A stretch of DNA of 64,000 bases. Origin: Eubacteriales bacterium (GTDB taxonomy: Bacteria > Bacillota > Clostridia > Oscillospirales > SIG627). The translations under genes and the position numbers were made by a program. Location of the stretch: positions 1,446 through 65,445 of the forward strand of contig JAZQMO010000028.1 of the NCBI GenBank assembly GCA_045543495.1, given 5' to 3'. Under the pieces are notes generated by a model that saw nothing but the letters and a program-made list of their open reading frames with translations, searched no databases and had not been told where the DNA came from. Within the stretch, counting starts at the first letter, position 1. Each line of letters opens with the position of its first letter. Below, piece after piece: positions 10,393-20,738 of the stretch.

Positions 10393-11505
10393 ATGGCCAA
10401 AACAGAAAAAACAACAAAAGCAAAAGAAAATACCATCGCCGAAGGAAAACTGAAGGCGATTGCCACCGCTATGGGGCAGATCGAGAAAAAATACGGAAAA
10501 GGCTCCGTGATGAAGCTGGGTGAAAATTCCGTGATGAATGTCAGCGCCATTTCCACGGGCTCCGTGTCCTTGGATCTTGCCTTGGGAATCGGCGGCGTGC
10601 CCAGAGGCCGTATCATTGAGATCTACGGTCCGGAATCCTCCGGTAAGACCACCGTTGCCTTGCAGATCATCGCTTCCGCACAGAAGGAAGGCGGTGCCGC
10701 CGCATTTATCGATGCGGAGCACGCATTGGATCCCGTTTATGCCAAGGCCCTTGGAGTGGATATCGATAACCTTCTGGTCTCTCAGCCCGACAGCGGCGAG
10801 CAGGCCCGTGAAATTGCAGAAGCATTGGTTCGTACCGATGCCATTGATGTTATCGTCATTGACTCGGTTGCCGCTCTGGTTCCCCGCAGTGAGATCGAAG
10901 GGGAAATGGGGCAGTCCTCCGTGGGCGTTCAGGCAAGACTGATGAGTCAAGCCTTAAGAAAGATCGCAGGAGCCATTGCCAAGAGCCGCTGTGCCTTCAT
11001 TTTCATCAACCAGCTTCGTGAGAAGGTGGGTGTGATGTACGGTAACCCTGAGGTGACCACAGGCGGCCGTGCCCTTCGCTTCTATTCCTCCGTTCGCATT
11101 GATGTGCGCCGTGGGGAGCAGCTGAAGGAAAAGGGCGAGGTGGTGGGCAACCACATCAAGTGTAAAATTGCCAAAAACAAAGTGGCTCCGCCCTTCCGGG
11201 TAGCAGAGTTTGATATTCTCTACGGTCAGGGAATCTCCCGTGAGAGCGAGATCATTGAGATCGCTTTGAAGTATGAGATCATTCAAAAGAGCGGCAGCTG
11301 GTTCTCCTACAACGGAGAAAGACTTGCTCAGGGCAAGGAAAATGTGCGCATCCTCCTGAAGGAAAATTCCGCCCTTGCCGAGGAGATCGCCGCCAAGGCG
11401 ATCGCTATGTCTAAGGAAGGGGTCAGTGCCGAAAAGGTAAACAGCGAATCTCTCTTTGATACCGACGAAGAGGATGATGACGACCTCGGTCTTGGGGATC
11501 TTTGA
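10393..11505 (+). CDS. recA: Recombinase RecA
   Basis: Walker [10 protein letters not shown] and RecA core motifs. ATG 10393 has GGAGG 5 nt upstream. The track's GTG at 10381 is less likely. Confidence 0.97.
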   Translation: MAKTEKTTKAKENTIAEGKLKAIATAMGQIEKKYGKGSVMKLGENSVMNVSAISTGSVSLDLALGIGGVPRGRIIEIYGPESSGKTTVALQIIASAQKEGGAAAFIDAEHALDPVYAKALGVDIDNLLVSQPDSGEQAREIAEALVRTDAIDVIVIDSVAALVPRSEIEGEMGQSSVGVQARLMSQALRKIAGAIAKSRCAFIFINQLREKVGVMYGNPEVTTGGRALRFYSSVRIDVRRGEQLKEKGEVVGNHIKCKIAKNKVAPPFRVAEFDILYGQGISRESEIIEIALKYEIIQKSGSWFSYNGERLAQGKENVRILLKENSALAEEIAAKAIAMSKEGVSAEKVNSESLFDTDEEDDDDLGLGDL

Positions 11506-11560
11506 TCCAAATCGACAGATTGAATCTATTTTGAGTTTTGAAAGAGAAGGAAAAAAGATT

Positions 11561-12727
11561 ATGATTACAATGCCCGGACAGAAAATCACCGCAGAAGAAG
11601 TATTTAAGGAACAGGACAGAGTCGCCCCCTTGAAGATCATCACCCTGGAGGGTGCAAGCGAGCTTGCCCAAAAGGTGGATCAGCATTTGGTTTCTTGGGC
11701 CAAGAACGCAGGTTGGGATAATTACGAAACCTTCCTTCTTCCCGCCGAGTGCCCCCGCTTCACCTCAGGCGAAGCCAAGGGAATCATTTACGACTCCGTT
11801 CGCGGAGACGATCTGTTTGTTTTCGTTGACGTCGGCAACTACAATGTCAAGTATAAAATGTTCGGTTATGAAAACCGTATGAGCTCCGATGACCACTATC
11901 AGGATCTGAAGAGAATCATTCAGGCCGCCAGCGGCAGAGCGAGCAGACTCAATGTGATCATGCCCATGCTCTACGGCGGCAGACAGCACAGAAGAAGCTA
12001 CCGTGAGTCCTTGGACTGTGCGTATTCTCTGCAGGAAATGCAGTCTATGGGCGTTGAAAACCTTGTGACCTTCGATGCTCACGATCCCCGTGTGCAGAAC
12101 GCCGTTCCCCTGATGGGCTTTGATAACTTTATGCCCTATTATCAGGTGATCAAGGCTTTGTTCCGTGCTTATCCCGATCTTTCTCCCTGCAAGGATAACT
12201 TTATGGTCGTCAGCCCCGATGAAGGCGCCATCAACCGCAATATGTACTACGCCTCCGTTTTGGGCGTGAATATGGGTATGTTCTACAAGAGAAGAGACTA
12301 TTCCCGTGTGGTAGAGGGCAGAAACCCCATCGTGGCCCACGAGTATCTGGGTGAATCCATGGAGGGCAAGGACGTCTTCATTGCCGATGATATCATCGCC
12401 TCCGGTGATTCCGTTTTGGATATTGCTTATGAAATGAAGCGCCGCGGTGCCAACCGTGTGTTTGTTTACGCCACCTATGCCATCTTCACCGCAGGCTACA
12501 AGAAGATCGACAAGGCCGTGGAGGATGGCGTTTTGGACGGCATCTTCGGCACCAACCTGACCTATATTTCCGAGGAGACCCGCTCCAAAAAGTGGTTCCA
12601 CGAGGTGGATGTTTCCAAGTACTTGGCTTACATCATCGCATCCCTGAACCACAATCTTTCCGTTGCCGCTCTTCTGGATCCCAACGAAAAGATCGACAAC
12701 CTCTTGAAAAAGCGCGGTCTGAAATAA
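11561..12727 (+). CDS. Ribose-phosphate pyrophosphokinase family protein (long, about 388 aa)
   Basis: Prs-like motifs are present: RFTSGE, FDAHD and the PRPP loop FIADDIIASGDS. ATG 11561 has AAGGA upstream. The upstream part of the track ORF overlaps recA. Confidence 0.75.
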   Translation: MITMPGQKITAEEVFKEQDRVAPLKIITLEGASELAQKVDQHLVSWAKNAGWDNYETFLLPAECPRFTSGEAKGIIYDSVRGDDLFVFVDVGNYNVKYKMFGYENRMSSDDHYQDLKRIIQAASGRASRLNVIMPMLYGGRQHRRSYRESLDCAYSLQEMQSMGVENLVTFDAHDPRVQNAVPLMGFDNFMPYYQVIKALFRAYPDLSPCKDNFMVVSPDEGAINRNMYYASVLGVNMGMFYKRRDYSRVVEGRNPIVAHEYLGESMEGKDVFIADDIIASGDSVLDIAYEMKRRGANRVFVYATYAIFTAGYKKIDKAVEDGVLDGIFGTNLTYISEETRSKKWFHEVDVSKYLAYIIASLNHNLSVAALLDPNEKIDNLLKKRGLK

Positions 12728-13215
12728 TGCAGATCCCCCAAGGGCTTTCCTCCTGTGTGAACAAAGCTCTTTACCGTCTTTCTCTCGGGGATATGACCGT
12801 GCAGGAGATGATGGAATATCTCACCTCCCCCCATCGGAAGAACACGGGCTTTTCCTCGGAGGAAGCACAAAGAACCGCAGAGCTTCTCCTTGCCGAGGGC
12901 TTTCTGGATGATAAGCGTTACCTCAAGGTGCTTCTGCGCCGCTTGGAGGAAAAGGGCTTCGGCCCCCGCAGGATCCGGCAGGAATTGGTTCGTCACGGCT
13001 TCTCTGCCGCCCTGATTCAGCGGGTAGAGGAGAGACGGGTGGACTACACCGCCCGTGCCCTGCGCTATTTGGTGCAAACGAAAAAAGCCCCGCCCAAAAC
13101 GGCACAGGAAAGAAAAAAGCTGATGGATTCCCTTGTGAGAAGGGGATATGACTATACCACCGCCGCCGAAGCTGTGCGGCAGATCACCGAGGAGGATTTC
13201 ACCTTTTCGGATTGA
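12727..13215 (+). CDS. recX: Regulatory protein RecX
   Basis: Repeated three-helix modules (...GFLDDKRY..., ...GFGPRRIRQEL..., ...RRGYDY...). ATG 12727 shares one base with the upstream TAA (TAATG). Confidence 0.75.
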   Translation: MQIPQGLSSCVNKALYRLSLGDMTVQEMMEYLTSPHRKNTGFSSEEAQRTAELLLAEGFLDDKRYLKVLLRRLEEKGFGPRRIRQELVRHGFSAALIQRVEERRVDYTARALRYLVQTKKAPPKTAQERKKLMDSLVRRGYDYTTAAEAVRQITEEDFTFSD

Positions 13216-13225
13216 AAGGAAAACC

Positions 13226-14560
13226 ATGCAGGCAAAAATAGGATTTGTTTCTTTGGGTTGTCCGAAGAATGAAGTGGATTGCGAATTGATGCTGGCAAGA
13301 GTGGCTCAGGCAGGGTATGAGATCGTGCCCGAGGATACCATGGCAGATGTGGTCATTGTAAACACCTGCGCCTTCATTCAAAGCGCCAAGGAAGAGGCCA
13401 TTGAGAACATTTTGGATCTGGCTTGGCTGAAGGAAAACCGATCCCTGCGGGGAATCATTGTGACCGGATGCCTTGCTCAGCGCTATTTTGAGGAGATCCA
13501 AAAGTCCATTCCCGAGGTGGACGCCGCCCTTTCTTTGGGAGATGAGGTTTCCATTGTAGAGGCCATTGAGACGGTTCTACGGGGAGAAAAGTATTTCCGT
13601 CACTCCGATCCCGAGGCCTTGGAGCTGGAAGGGGATCGGGTGCTGACCCACGAGAGCTTTGCCTACCTTCGTATTGCCGAGGGGTGCAACAACCGCTGTT
13701 CATACTGCGCCATTCCCGGAATCCGCGGGTCTTTAAGAAGCCGTCCCATGGAAAAGATTTTGGAGGAAGCCAAAACCCTTTCCGAAATGGGGATCCGAGA
13801 GATCTGCGTGGTGGCTCAGGATACCACGGGATACGGTCAGGATCTGTACGGCCGCTTGGCACTTCCCGAGCTTTTGGAAAAGCTCAGTGCCGAGGAGCTT
13901 GGCTTTCGCTGGATCCGATTGATGTATTGCTACCCCGATAAAGTCACTCCCGAGCTTTGCCGTGTGATGGCCGAGAAGAAGAACATCTGTCATTACATCG
14001 ATCTTCCCATTCAGCATATATCCGATTCCGTTTTGGATAAAATGAACCGCCACGGCGGAAGCGAGGCCATTCGCAACAGCATTGCCATGCTTCGCAAGGC
14101 CATGCCCGATATTGCCATCCGCACCACGGTAATGGTGGGCTTCCCCGGCGAAAAGGATAAGGATTTTTCTCTCCTTTCCAAATTTATTAAGGAAACCCGT
14201 TTTGAGCGCTTGGGCGCTTTTGCCTACTCCCGTGAGGAGGGTACCGCCGCCTACACCATGGACGGCAGAGTGACCCGCAAAACCGCTGAAAAAAGGCAAG
14301 ATTCCATTATGCAGGCGCAAATGGATATTACGGAAGAATACAACCGTTCCTTCCTCGGCAAAACCATGCTTGTTGTGGTAGAGGGGTACGATCCCGGCGT
14401 GAAAATGTATTTCGGCAGAACCGGCTATCACGCTCCCGAGATCGACGGCGTGGTGTATTTTTCCTCTTCCAAAAAATCCCTTCCCGTTGGAGAATATGTT
14501 TCCGTTCTGATGGAAGAGGTTATGGAATATGATTTGATTGGAAAAGAGGTGGAACAATGA
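13226..14560 (+). CDS. rimO: Ribosomal protein S12 methylthiotransferase RimO
   Basis: MTTase N-terminus KIGFVSLGCPKN, radical SAM cluster CNNRCSYCAIP and a TRAM C-terminus. The start is ATG 13226. Confidence 0.9.
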   Translation: MQAKIGFVSLGCPKNEVDCELMLARVAQAGYEIVPEDTMADVVIVNTCAFIQSAKEEAIENILDLAWLKENRSLRGIIVTGCLAQRYFEEIQKSIPEVDAALSLGDEVSIVEAIETVLRGEKYFRHSDPEALELEGDRVLTHESFAYLRIAEGCNNRCSYCAIPGIRGSLRSRPMEKILEEAKTLSEMGIREICVVAQDTTGYGQDLYGRLALPELLEKLSAEELGFRWIRLMYCYPDKVTPELCRVMAEKKNICHYIDLPIQHISDSVLDKMNRHGGSEAIRNSIAMLRKAMPDIAIRTTVMVGFPGEKDKDFSLLSKFIKETRFERLGAFAYSREEGTAAYTMDGRVTRKTAEKRQDSIMQAQMDITEEYNRSFLGKTMLVVVEGYDPGVKMYFGRTGYHAPEIDGVVYFSSSKKSLPVGEYVSVLMEEVMEYDLIGKEVEQ

Positions 14561-15153
14561 ATTTGCCCAACAAGCTGACCATTATCCGCATTTTGATGGT
14601 TCCTGTTTTTCTGTTTTTCGGATTGTTCCGTTTTCCCGGAGCGTGGGGTGAGGGGATCTCCCGCATCTTGGCGGCCCTGATTTTTGCCGCCGCCGCTCTT
14701 ACCGACCTTGCCGACGGTAAGATCGCAAGAAAGCACGGGCTCATTACCGATTTCGGAAAATTTATGGATCCCTTGGCTGATAAATTCTTGGTCTTTTCCG
14801 CTATTCTGGTCTTTGTTTCCTCGTCTATGTATTACGGCTCCGAGGCTTTGCACATTGCCTTGGTGGTCAGCGGTGCCGTGGTGATCTTCCGTGAGCTTGC
14901 TGTGACCTCGCTTCGCCTTGTGGTGATGTCAAGTCCCAAGCCCGTTGTCATTGCCGCCAGCTGGTATGGCAAGGCAAAGACCGTTTCCCAGTGCGTGTGG
15001 GCCTTGGTGGTGATGCTGGAGCCTGTGGTGCTTTTCTTCCTGCCTTTTCCCATTTTGACCTGGATCTCAACCGTAGTGATGACTGCCCTGACCGTTTTGT
15101 CGGGCGTGGATTATATGAAGAGCTATTGGTCTTATCTTGACCCGACGAAATAA
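14557..15153 (+). CDS. pgsA: CDP-diacylglycerol--glycerol-3-phosphate 3-phosphatidyltransferase
   Basis: CDP-alcohol phosphatidyltransferase motif DLADGKIAR...DPLADK. The start overlaps the rimO stop (ATGA). Confidence 0.9.
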   Translation: MNLPNKLTIIRILMVPVFLFFGLFRFPGAWGEGISRILAALIFAAAALTDLADGKIARKHGLITDFGKFMDPLADKFLVFSAILVFVSSSMYYGSEALHIALVVSGAVVIFRELAVTSLRLVVMSSPKPVVIAASWYGKAKTVSQCVWALVVMLEPVVLFFLPFPILTWISTVVMTALTVLSGVDYMKSYWSYLDPTK

Positions 15154-15162
15154 GGAGAAAAA

Positions 15163-16563
15163 ATGAAACTGTTTAATGATCTGACCGGTAAAAAAGAAGA
15201 ACTCAATCAGAAGGACAATTATGTCAGAATGTACGCCTGCGGCCCCACGGTATATAACTATTTCCATGTGGGCAATGCAAGATGCTTTGTGACCTTTGAT
15301 CTGCTTCGCCGCTATTTGGAGTACCGTGGCAATAAGGTGGATTTCGTTCAGAATTTTACCGATATTGACGATAAAATGATCCGCCGTGCCAACGAGGAGA
15401 ATACCACCGTGAAGGCCGTTGCCGATCGCTATATTGAAGAATACTTTGTGGATGCCAAGGGACTTGGCGTGAACCCCGCTACCTTCCATCCCAGAGCTAC
15501 GGAAAATATTGATGCCATCATCAGCATCATTGAGACCCTTATTGAAAAGGGTCACGCCTATGAGGCGAACGGTGATGTTTACTATTCCGCCCGCTCCTTC
15601 AAGGGCTACGGCAAGCTTTCCGGCAAGAATATTGACGATCTGGAAAGCGGCGCCCGCATTGATGTTTCCGATATCAAGCGTGACCCCTTGGATTTTGCCC
15701 TTTGGAAGGCCTCCAAGCCCGGTGAGCCCTTCTGGGAATCCCCTTGGGGACAGGGAAGACCCGGCTGGCACATTGAGTGCTCTGCTATGGTGGATAAGAT
15801 CCTCGGTAAAACCATCGATATTCACTGCGGCGGTGTGGATCTGACCTTCCCTCACCACGAAAACGAAATCGCTCAGTCCGAGGGTGCCTTTGACGTTCCC
15901 TTCTGTCGCTTCTGGATCCACAACGGATTTATCAATGTGGACAACAAGAAGATGAGCAAATCCCTCGGGAACTTCTTCACCGTGCGGGAAGCCGCCGAAA
16001 AATACGGCTATGCCGCCATCCGCTATTTCATTCTGTCCGCTCACTACAAGAGCCCCGTGAATTTCTCTGCCGATATTCTCGCTCAGGCACAGTCGTCGGT
16101 TCAGCGTCTTTACAACTGTGAAGAGAATCTGCGCTTTCTCCTTAAGAGTGCCGAAGGCTCGCTGACCGAGGAAGAAAAGGAATTCATCCTGAAGCTTGAC
16201 GGCAGAAGAGAAGCCTTTATTGAAGTGATGGATGATGATTTCAACACGGCAGACGGTCTTGCCACCCTGTTTGAAGCCGTGAAGGACATTAACATCTTCG
16301 TCAATGCTCCCCGCAGCAAGGAGGCATTGGAAAAGATCCTTGCCTTTTATGAAGAGATTTGCGGTCTGCTGGGTTTTTTGAAGCCTCAGGAGGAAGCAAA
16401 GAACGGCTTTGACGATGCTCGCATTGAGAGCCTCATTGAAGAGAGAGCCAATGCAAAAAAAGAAAAGAATTACGCCAAGGCTGACGAGATCCGCAATCTC
16501 CTGGCAGAAAACGGAATCGTGATCGAGGATACTCCCGCCGGCGCAAAGTGGCATCGAGCATAA
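15163..16563 (+). CDS. cysS: Cysteine--tRNA ligase
   Basis: Class I aaRS motifs HVGNAR (HIGH-type) and KMSKS. Confidence 0.97.
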   Translation: MKLFNDLTGKKEELNQKDNYVRMYACGPTVYNYFHVGNARCFVTFDLLRRYLEYRGNKVDFVQNFTDIDDKMIRRANEENTTVKAVADRYIEEYFVDAKGLGVNPATFHPRATENIDAIISIIETLIEKGHAYEANGDVYYSARSFKGYGKLSGKNIDDLESGARIDVSDIKRDPLDFALWKASKPGEPFWESPWGQGRPGWHIECSAMVDKILGKTIDIHCGGVDLTFPHHENEIAQSEGAFDVPFCRFWIHNGFINVDNKKMSKSLGNFFTVREAAEKYGYAAIRYFILSAHYKSPVNFSADILAQAQSSVQRLYNCEENLRFLLKSAEGSLTEEEKEFILKLDGRREAFIEVMDDDFNTADGLATLFEAVKDINIFVNAPRSKEALEKILAFYEEICGLLGFLKPQEEAKNGFDDARIESLIEERANAKKEKNYAKADEIRNLLAENGIVIEDTPAGAKWHRA

Positions 16564-16567
16564 AATG

Positions 16568-16597
16568 AAGCACCGGCTTTGCCGGTGCTTTTCCTTT
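16568..16597 (+). terminator. Intrinsic terminator after cysS
   Basis: 9-bp stem AAGCACCGG / CCGGTGCTT with a 5-nt loop, followed by TTCCTTT. It lies inside the track's N-terminally extended cinA ORF. Confidence 0.55.
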
Positions 16598-16609
16598 GGA
16601 GGAATGAAA

Positions 16610-17890
16610 ATGAATCTTGTGGAAATACTGTCCGTAGGGGATGAGGTCATCTCGGGACAAATCACGGATACCAACGCAGCCTATCTTTCCCGTAAGCTTT
16701 CCGAAATGGGCTTTTCCGTTCGCTTTCATCAAAGCTGCGGAGATGAAATGGGAGAGATCGTATCGACTATGAGGCTTGCTCTTTCCCGATCGGATCTTGT
16801 GATTGTCACGGGTGGGCTCGGTCCCACGTATGATGATATTACAAGAGATGCGGCATCCATCGTCTTTGATTCTCCCCTTGAGCCGAGTGCCGCCGCCGAA
16901 GCGCAGATCCGCTCTTATTTTGCCCGCCGCGGCATCCCGATGAGCGAAAACAATCTGCTTCAGGCCAAAGCGCCTCGCTGTGCCGAAATTCTGGAGAACC
17001 TTTGGGGAACGGCCCCCGCCCTTCACCTTTCGGGCAAGGCGGGTGAGATGTTTCTTCTTCCCGGAGTCCCCGGAGAAATGAAAATTCTGTTTGAGACCTA
17101 CATTGTGCCGTTTCTGGATCTGAAACGGGAAGGGGAGAGGGAGAGCCGATCCCTTTTGCTCTACGGCATTTCCGAATCCCGCTTGGATGAAATGATGCGC
17201 GGCGTTTCGTGGCAGGAGGGGGTCATCGTTTCTCCCTATGCCGAATCGGGTCAGATCCGCCTTCAGATCACCTCCTTTGCCAAAACCAAGGAGGAAGCAG
17301 TGTCGGCGGCTGACCGAGCCGAGGAATGCATTTTTCAGCTTGTGGGAGAGCACGTTTTCGGAGTGGGGGGTACCTGCCTGGAACAGGAGCTTGTCAGGGC
17401 ACTGAAACAGAAAAGCCTTAGCATCGCCACGGCAGAAAGCTGCACCGGCGGCAGAGTATCCTCTCGTATCACCTCGGTCTCGGGTGCATCGGAGGTCTTT
17501 TCCTTGGGGGTTTGTGCCTATTCCGAGGAAGAGAAAAAGCGCCTTTTGTCCGTCGGAGAAAGAACCTTGGAGGAGGATGGGGTGTATAGCCTTCGCTGTG
17601 CCGAGGAAATGGCAAAGGGAATCTGCAAGCTTTCCGGTGCGGATCTCGGCATCGCTACCTCCGGCATTGCGGGGCCCTCGGGGGGTACCGAGGAAAACCC
17701 TGTGGGAACGGTGTATTTTGCCGTCTGTTCCAAAAGCGGGGTGGTGTCTGAGAGAAGGGTATTCGGTACGGGGCATTATTCTCGGGAGCAGATCGCATCT
17801 CTTGCGGCTTCTCACGCCTTGTTTATGGCCCTGTCCGTTTTGAAACAGGAAGAAGTCACCGAAAATTCACCCGATTTTCGACAAATTTAA
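16610..17890 (+). CDS. cinA: Competence/damage-inducible protein CinA (MoCF-binding plus nicotinamide-nucleotide amidase domains)
   Basis: MNLVEILSVGDEVISGQITDTN is a typical CinA N-terminus, and the C-terminal PncC-like domain is present. GGAGG lies 7 nt upstream of ATG 16610. Confidence 0.85.
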   Translation: MNLVEILSVGDEVISGQITDTNAAYLSRKLSEMGFSVRFHQSCGDEMGEIVSTMRLALSRSDLVIVTGGLGPTYDDITRDAASIVFDSPLEPSAAAEAQIRSYFARRGIPMSENNLLQAKAPRCAEILENLWGTAPALHLSGKAGEMFLLPGVPGEMKILFETYIVPFLDLKREGERESRSLLLYGISESRLDEMMRGVSWQEGVIVSPYAESGQIRLQITSFAKTKEEAVSAADRAEECIFQLVGEHVFGVGGTCLEQELVRALKQKSLSIATAESCTGGRVSSRITSVSGASEVFSLGVCAYSEEEKKRLLSVGERTLEEDGVYSLRCAEEMAKGICKLSGADLGIATSGIAGPSGGTEENPVGTVYFAVCSKSGVVSERRVFGTGHYSREQIASLAASHALFMALSVLKQEEVTENSPDFRQI

Positions 17891-17898
17891 GAAAATAC

Positions 17899-17927
17899 TT
17901 GCATTTTTTTCACAATACTGTTATAAT
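17899..17927 (+). promoter_or_regulatory. Sigma-A type promoter upstream of ptsH
   Basis: TTGCAT at 17899-17904, a 17-nt spacer, then TATAAT at 17922-17927. Confidence 0.55.
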
Positions 17928-17968
17928 TGGGATAATATTTTTATGTTTGTGAGTAATAGGAGTTTGAT

Positions 17969-18232
17969 ATGATCTCAAAAGAAGTTACGGTATTGAACAG
18001 CGTCGGTCTTCACGCAAGACCCGCCACTTACTTCATTCAAAAAGCAAATAGTTTCAAGAGCTCTCTTTGGGTAGAATGCGGCGACCGCAGAGCCAATGCC
18101 AAGTCTCTTCTCGGGATCTTGTCACTGGGCATCACCAAGGGCACACGCATCAATATCATCGCCGATGGAGCAGATGAATTGGATGCGGTAGAGGGTCTTG
18201 CCAATCTGATCCTTGCCGGCTTCAACGATTGA
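17969..18232 (+). CDS. ptsH: Phosphocarrier protein HPr
   Basis: 87 aa with His15 in GLHARPA and regulatory Ser46 in AKSLLGI. Confidence 0.9.
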   Translation: MISKEVTVLNSVGLHARPATYFIQKANSFKSSLWVECGDRRANAKSLLGILSLGITKGTRINIIADGADELDAVEGLANLILAGFND

Positions 18233-18237
18233 CCTTT

Positions 18238-18276
18238 ACCGCTTGCTCGGAGAGAGCAAGCGGTATTCTTTTTATT
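18238..18276 (+). terminator. Intrinsic terminator after ptsH
   Basis: 11-bp stem ACCGCTTGCTC / GAGCAAGCGGT, followed by ATTCTTTTTATT. Confidence 0.75.
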
Positions 18277-18286
18277 GGGAGTCAAT

Positions 18287-20155
18287 ATGAAAGAGTATAT
18301 TCCTCAGCTGCTGACCCCCGAGGCCCTTTTGGAGAAAGCCAAAAGCCTTCCCCAAAAGCCGGGTGTTTACCTGTTTTACGATAGCCTCGGTCAGATCATT
18401 TACGTCGGCAAAAGCCGCTCACTGAAAAACAGAGTCCTGTCATATTTTCAAAATCGAGGAAAGCACACCCCGAAAACGGAAAAGCTGGTTCGAACCGTTT
18501 CCGATCTTCAAACCATCGTTACCTCCTCCGAATCAGAGGCCTTGATTTTAGAAAACGAAAAGATCAAGCTCCACAAACCAAAATTCAATATTCGCTTAAA
18601 GGATGATAAGGATTACCCTTATATCCGCCTGTCGGTGGGGGAAGCGTATCCCCGATTGAGCTTTGCCCGCCGCAAGGAAAGAAAGGGAGATAAGTCCCGC
18701 TATTTTGGCCCGTACAGCTCCTCGGGAGCCGTGCGAAGCGCCATTGATACGGCCAATAAGCTTTTTCTGCTTCCCACCTGCAAACGGAATTTCCCTCGGG
18801 ATATCGGGAAGGATCGCCCCTGCCTGTATTATCATCTGGGAAAGTGCATCGGCGTTTGCACGGGCAAGGTCGAAAAAGAGGAGTATGAAAAAAGAATTGA
18901 GGATGTGATCCTATTTTTGCGGCACGATCATAAGAGGATCGCCGATTCCTTGGAGAAGGAAATGAGTGCCGCCGCCGAAAGAATGGATTTTGAAAAGGCC
19001 GCCAAAATGCGGGATCGCCTTTTTGCCCTCCGATCCCTGTCCCAGTCCTCTCAGGTGGTGCGGGATCTGCATTTTGATGCCGATGTATTCGGAGTCTTTT
19101 CCGATGAGCTTGGCGGCTGTATCAATCTTCTGTCCGTGCGAAACGGCAGTGTTGCCGACAGCACCAATTATCATTTCGGTGCCGATGAGATCTTGACCCC
19201 CGAAAGCTTCACCTCTCTGCTTCTCTCTCTTTATCGGGGAAGAGAAATGCTCCCCCGTCAGATCCTCATTCCATCCGAAATGAACAGCGAGGAGATGGAG
19301 GTTTTGTCCCTTCTTCTCACCGAGCAGGAGTCAAGAGAGGTTAAAATCCGAGTTCCCGAGCGGGGAGACGGAAGGGGACTGGTTCAAATGGCAACGGAAA
19401 ATGCCTCTGCGGCGGCTCTTCACCGAAGAGAGCAGTTCCGCCGTGACGAGGAGGTACTGGTGCTTTTGGCAAGCCGGCTTTCCCTTGAGGTCTTGCCCGA
19501 GCGGATCGAAAGCATTGATATTTCCAATTCCGGCAATGATGTGTTCCGTGCCGGTGTGATCACCTTGGAAAACGCCCGCTTTTTGAAAAAAGCCTATAAA
19601 AGCTTTGCTTTGGAACGGAATACCCCCGATGACGGCGCCTGTATGTACGAGGCCATCAGTCGCCGTGTCAGGAGAGCGCTCTCGGGGGATGAGTCCTTTC
19701 TCCCCTTGCCGGATCTTTTTTTGGTGGACGGTGCCGCCACGCAGGTTTTTGCCGTCCGAAGCGCTCTTGCGGATGCAGGTCTTTCCATTCCCGTATTCGG
19801 CATGGTGAAGGATTCCTTTCATAAGACCCGATGCCTCACCGACGGAGAAAACGAGATCTCCATTTCCCACGATCCCAAGCTTTTTCAGTTTATCTATGGG
19901 ATTCAGGAGGAGGTTCACCGCTTCAGCCTTTCCCGTATGGATCATAGCCGCCGAAGCCGTATGAAGCATTCGGTTCTGACCGAGATCAATGGCATCGGAG
20001 AAAAGAAGGCCCATTGCCTGATGCGAGCCTTCGGGAGCATCAAGGCCATTCGTCAGGCAAAGAGGGAAGAAATTGCCGCCGTAAAGGGAATTTCCAAGCG
20101 GGATGCCGAGGCTGTCTATCATCATTATCATCAAAAAGAAAACGAGGAATCATAA
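18287..20155 (+). CDS. uvrC: Excinuclease ABC subunit C
   Basis: GIY-YIG N-terminus (PGVYLFYD...IIYVGKS), a UVR domain, an RNase H-like endonuclease domain and a C-terminal (HhH)2. The start is ATG 18287. Confidence 0.95.
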   Translation: MKEYIPQLLTPEALLEKAKSLPQKPGVYLFYDSLGQIIYVGKSRSLKNRVLSYFQNRGKHTPKTEKLVRTVSDLQTIVTSSESEALILENEKIKLHKPKFNIRLKDDKDYPYIRLSVGEAYPRLSFARRKERKGDKSRYFGPYSSSGAVRSAIDTANKLFLLPTCKRNFPRDIGKDRPCLYYHLGKCIGVCTGKVEKEEYEKRIEDVILFLRHDHKRIADSLEKEMSAAAERMDFEKAAKMRDRLFALRSLSQSSQVVRDLHFDADVFGVFSDELGGCINLLSVRNGSVADSTNYHFGADEILTPESFTSLLLSLYRGREMLPRQILIPSEMNSEEMEVLSLLLTEQESREVKIRVPERGDGRGLVQMATENASAAALHRREQFRRDEEVLVLLASRLSLEVLPERIESIDISNSGNDVFRAGVITLENARFLKKAYKSFALERNTPDDGACMYEAISRRVRRALSGDESFLPLPDLFLVDGAATQVFAVRSALADAGLSIPVFGMVKDSFHKTRCLTDGENEISISHDPKLFQFIYGIQEEVHRFSLSRMDHSRRSRMKHSVLTEINGIGEKKAHCLMRAFGSIKAIRQAKREEIAAVKGISKRDAEAVYHHYHQKENEES

Positions 20156-20156
20156 A

Positions 20157-20738
20157 ATGAGAATCATTACAGGAAAAGCAAAAGGAGTCAAGCTTGTAAC
20201 CCTTCCCGGGGATGATGTGCGCCCCACCACGGAAATGTCCAAGGAGGGCATTTTCAGCGCTATTCAGTTTGATCTGGCGGGAAAGAGCTTTTTGGATCTG
20301 TTTGCAGGCTCAGGTCAAATGGGTCTTGAGGCCATCAGCCGTGGCGCAAGCGGCTGCACCTTCGTGGATTGCAGCGAGGATTCCTTAAAGATCGTGCGCC
20401 GCAACATTGAGAAAACAGGCTTTGGAGAGCAGTGCCGTGTCATTCGCAGTGAATACGGAGAATACATTAAATCCGCCTCCAAGAGAGGGCAGTCCTTTGA
20501 TTTTGTCTTTGCCGATCCGCCCTATGGTAAGGATCTGACCGATGAATTGATCAAGCGTATTCTGCGGGCAGGGCTGGTCAAGCCCGGCGGTCTTTTGATG
20601 GTGGAGGGCGCCAATGAATCCCTCCGTGATGAAAAGATCCCCGAAAGCCTGAAGGAAGAGATCGAGAGCATCAAGCGCTATAAATTCTCCAAATGCTATG
20701 TTTGGTTCGTGCGCCTGAAGGGGGAGAGGGAGGAATGA
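20157..20738 (+). CDS. rsmD: 16S rRNA (guanine966-N2)-methyltransferase RsmD
   Basis: MRIITGKAKG...RPTT...DLFAGSGQMGLEA...ADPPY. Confidence 0.9.
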   Translation: MRIITGKAKGVKLVTLPGDDVRPTTEMSKEGIFSAIQFDLAGKSFLDLFAGSGQMGLEAISRGASGCTFVDCSEDSLKIVRRNIEKTGFGEQCRVIRSEYGEYIKSASKRGQSFDFVFADPPYGKDLTDELIKRILRAGLVKPGGLLMVEGANESLRDEKIPESLKEEIESIKRYKFSKCYVWFVRLKGEREE

